Source: Squalus acanthias (taxonomy: Eukaryota). From it: DNA of 64,000 bases. Location: positions 168,270,001 through 168,334,000 of the forward strand of contig CM059425.1 in the NCBI GenBank assembly GCA_030390025.1. The letters run 5' to 3'. The first letter of the stretch is position 1; each line of letters begins with the position of its first letter. The notes under the pieces were generated by a model. The model was given only the letters and a program-made list of their open reading frames with translations, was not told where the DNA came from and searched no databases. Shown in pieces: positions 62,901 to 64,000 of the stretch. The position numbers and the translations under genes were made by a program.

Positions 62901-63629
62901 CGGCCCTCACCAAAATGGCGTCCTGCGCAGCCCGCACCAGAAGTCTGCACGGGTGGCACGGACGCCATTTTCAACACAAAACGGCACCTATAGCGCCAAA
63001 AAATCGGGCGCTGCAGTGCCAAATTTCTAGCCCAGCTATATAAATGCAAGTTGTTATTGTTATCCTCTTTTTGTTTTAACTTTTGCTCAAAACAAGTCAA
63101 AACAAATAATTAATTCTATTTACTACTTATGTAAAATCAAGTTCCCCCACTCCCACAGAATGTATGTTTGCAGAATCTCAATACCTGGTCACATCTTCTT
63201 CAGGTCCATGTTGTTGCCTATTAATTCCACTGGAGGGCACCAGATGTTACTTTCCTTGCTCCATATTGTCGATTGGTCCACCCAAAAGGAATGCCACGCT
63301 ATATTGTTAATGTTGGTATAAACAATTATTGATTTCCATGTAGCTGACCATCCCAAAACTGTCAAAATATTATAGTGCCTGTATCATAATGTTTGTATAC
63401 CCTCAGTTCTCACCATGCCATCTTTATTATCCTTTCCCCAATACCATGTCACCTCTACTGCTGTCAGTACACTAACCTGATTCAGCATGATGATCGACGG
63501 ATACAATATAAAAAGTTAAAAGTAAATTTGATCATAAAAACCCAGCAGACTATATATTACAAAGAATAATAAGTAGCTGGCAGCGACTTTAAGGCAGTAA
63601 CTTAAACTCAAGGTTTTATTATAAAGAAA

Positions 63630-64000
63630 TAACTTGCATTTATATAACACCTTTCATGACCTCAGGATGTCCTAAAGTGCTTCACAACCAATGAAGTACT
63701 TTTGAAATGTAATTACTATTACTAATACAGGGACATACCCAGCCAACACGTGCACAGAAAGATCCCACAAACAACAATCAGATAAATCACCAATTAATCT
63801 GTTTTCCAATGGTGTTGATTGAGGGATAAATGTTGGCTGGCACATCGGAAGAACTCTGTTACTCTTCTTCGAATTAAGCTATGGGATCTTTTATGTCCAC
63901 CTGAGAGGGTAGACAGGGCCTTGGTTTAATATCTCATACAAAAGATACATGTCATACATACTCTGACAGTACAGCACTCCCTCAGTGCAACACTGAAGGG
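63630..64000 (-). mobile_element. Deu-domain SINE with L2-derived tail (older fragments at ~50740-50915, 18330-18460, 51350-51420)
   Basis: The reverse strand contains the Deu-like core TTAAACCAAGGCCCTGTCTACCCTCTCAGGTGGACATAAAAGATCCCATAGC and the L2-type end TATATAAATGCAAGTT. Confidence 0.72.

Larger units (their letters stand above)
51744..63033. mobile_element. Harbinger remnant E, heavily interrupted (Myb exon 1 start at 52432; exon 3 at 54880-55601)
   Basis: TIR-like GCTAGAAATT / AATTTCTAGCCC; MSQQGREHAPRFSDA; exon 3 homologue ending KGMHKGD*. Pairing of these two ends is inferred. Confidence 0.55.

Noticed and set aside
63185..63358. 174-nt minus-strand segment bounded by CAG and GTAT as a coding exon
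   Set aside because: All three frames contain a stop codon.
1..64000. CRISPR array, operon or other prokaryotic system
   Set aside because: No regularly spaced direct repeats were seen, and the content is vertebrate-type transposons with spliceosomal introns.

Overview
Eukaryotic, almost entirely repeat-derived DNA. The repeat repertoire points to a cartilaginous fish such as a shark (inference): CR1 LINEs with (CTATGTT/CTATGACT)n tails, L2, RTE, Deu-domain SINEs, Penelope-like elements, PIF/Harbinger and hAT. No host gene can be called with confidence; there is only a weak candidate micro-exon near 20.2 kb. The window is a deeply nested pile of: (i) the 3' half of a hAT/Charlie-Buster transposase with its TIR; (ii) at least six decayed two-gene Harbinger transposons, each with a transposase and a convergent three-exon Myb/SANT gene; (iii) many GC-rich Harbinger-type MITEs with 3-bp TSDs, one family carrying NRF1/E-box/CCAAT-like motifs and clustered splice donors; (iv) young and old CR1 LINEs, one near-intact with a zinc-finger/SGNH-esterase ORF1; (v) two copies of a single-ORF LINE that begins with a tRNA-derived head; and (vi) Penelope-like repeats carrying minimal hammerhead ribozymes with palindromic stem III, including a 144-bp near-perfect inverted repeat with a ribozyme core in each arm. 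Family names come from motif recognition only; no database searches were run.
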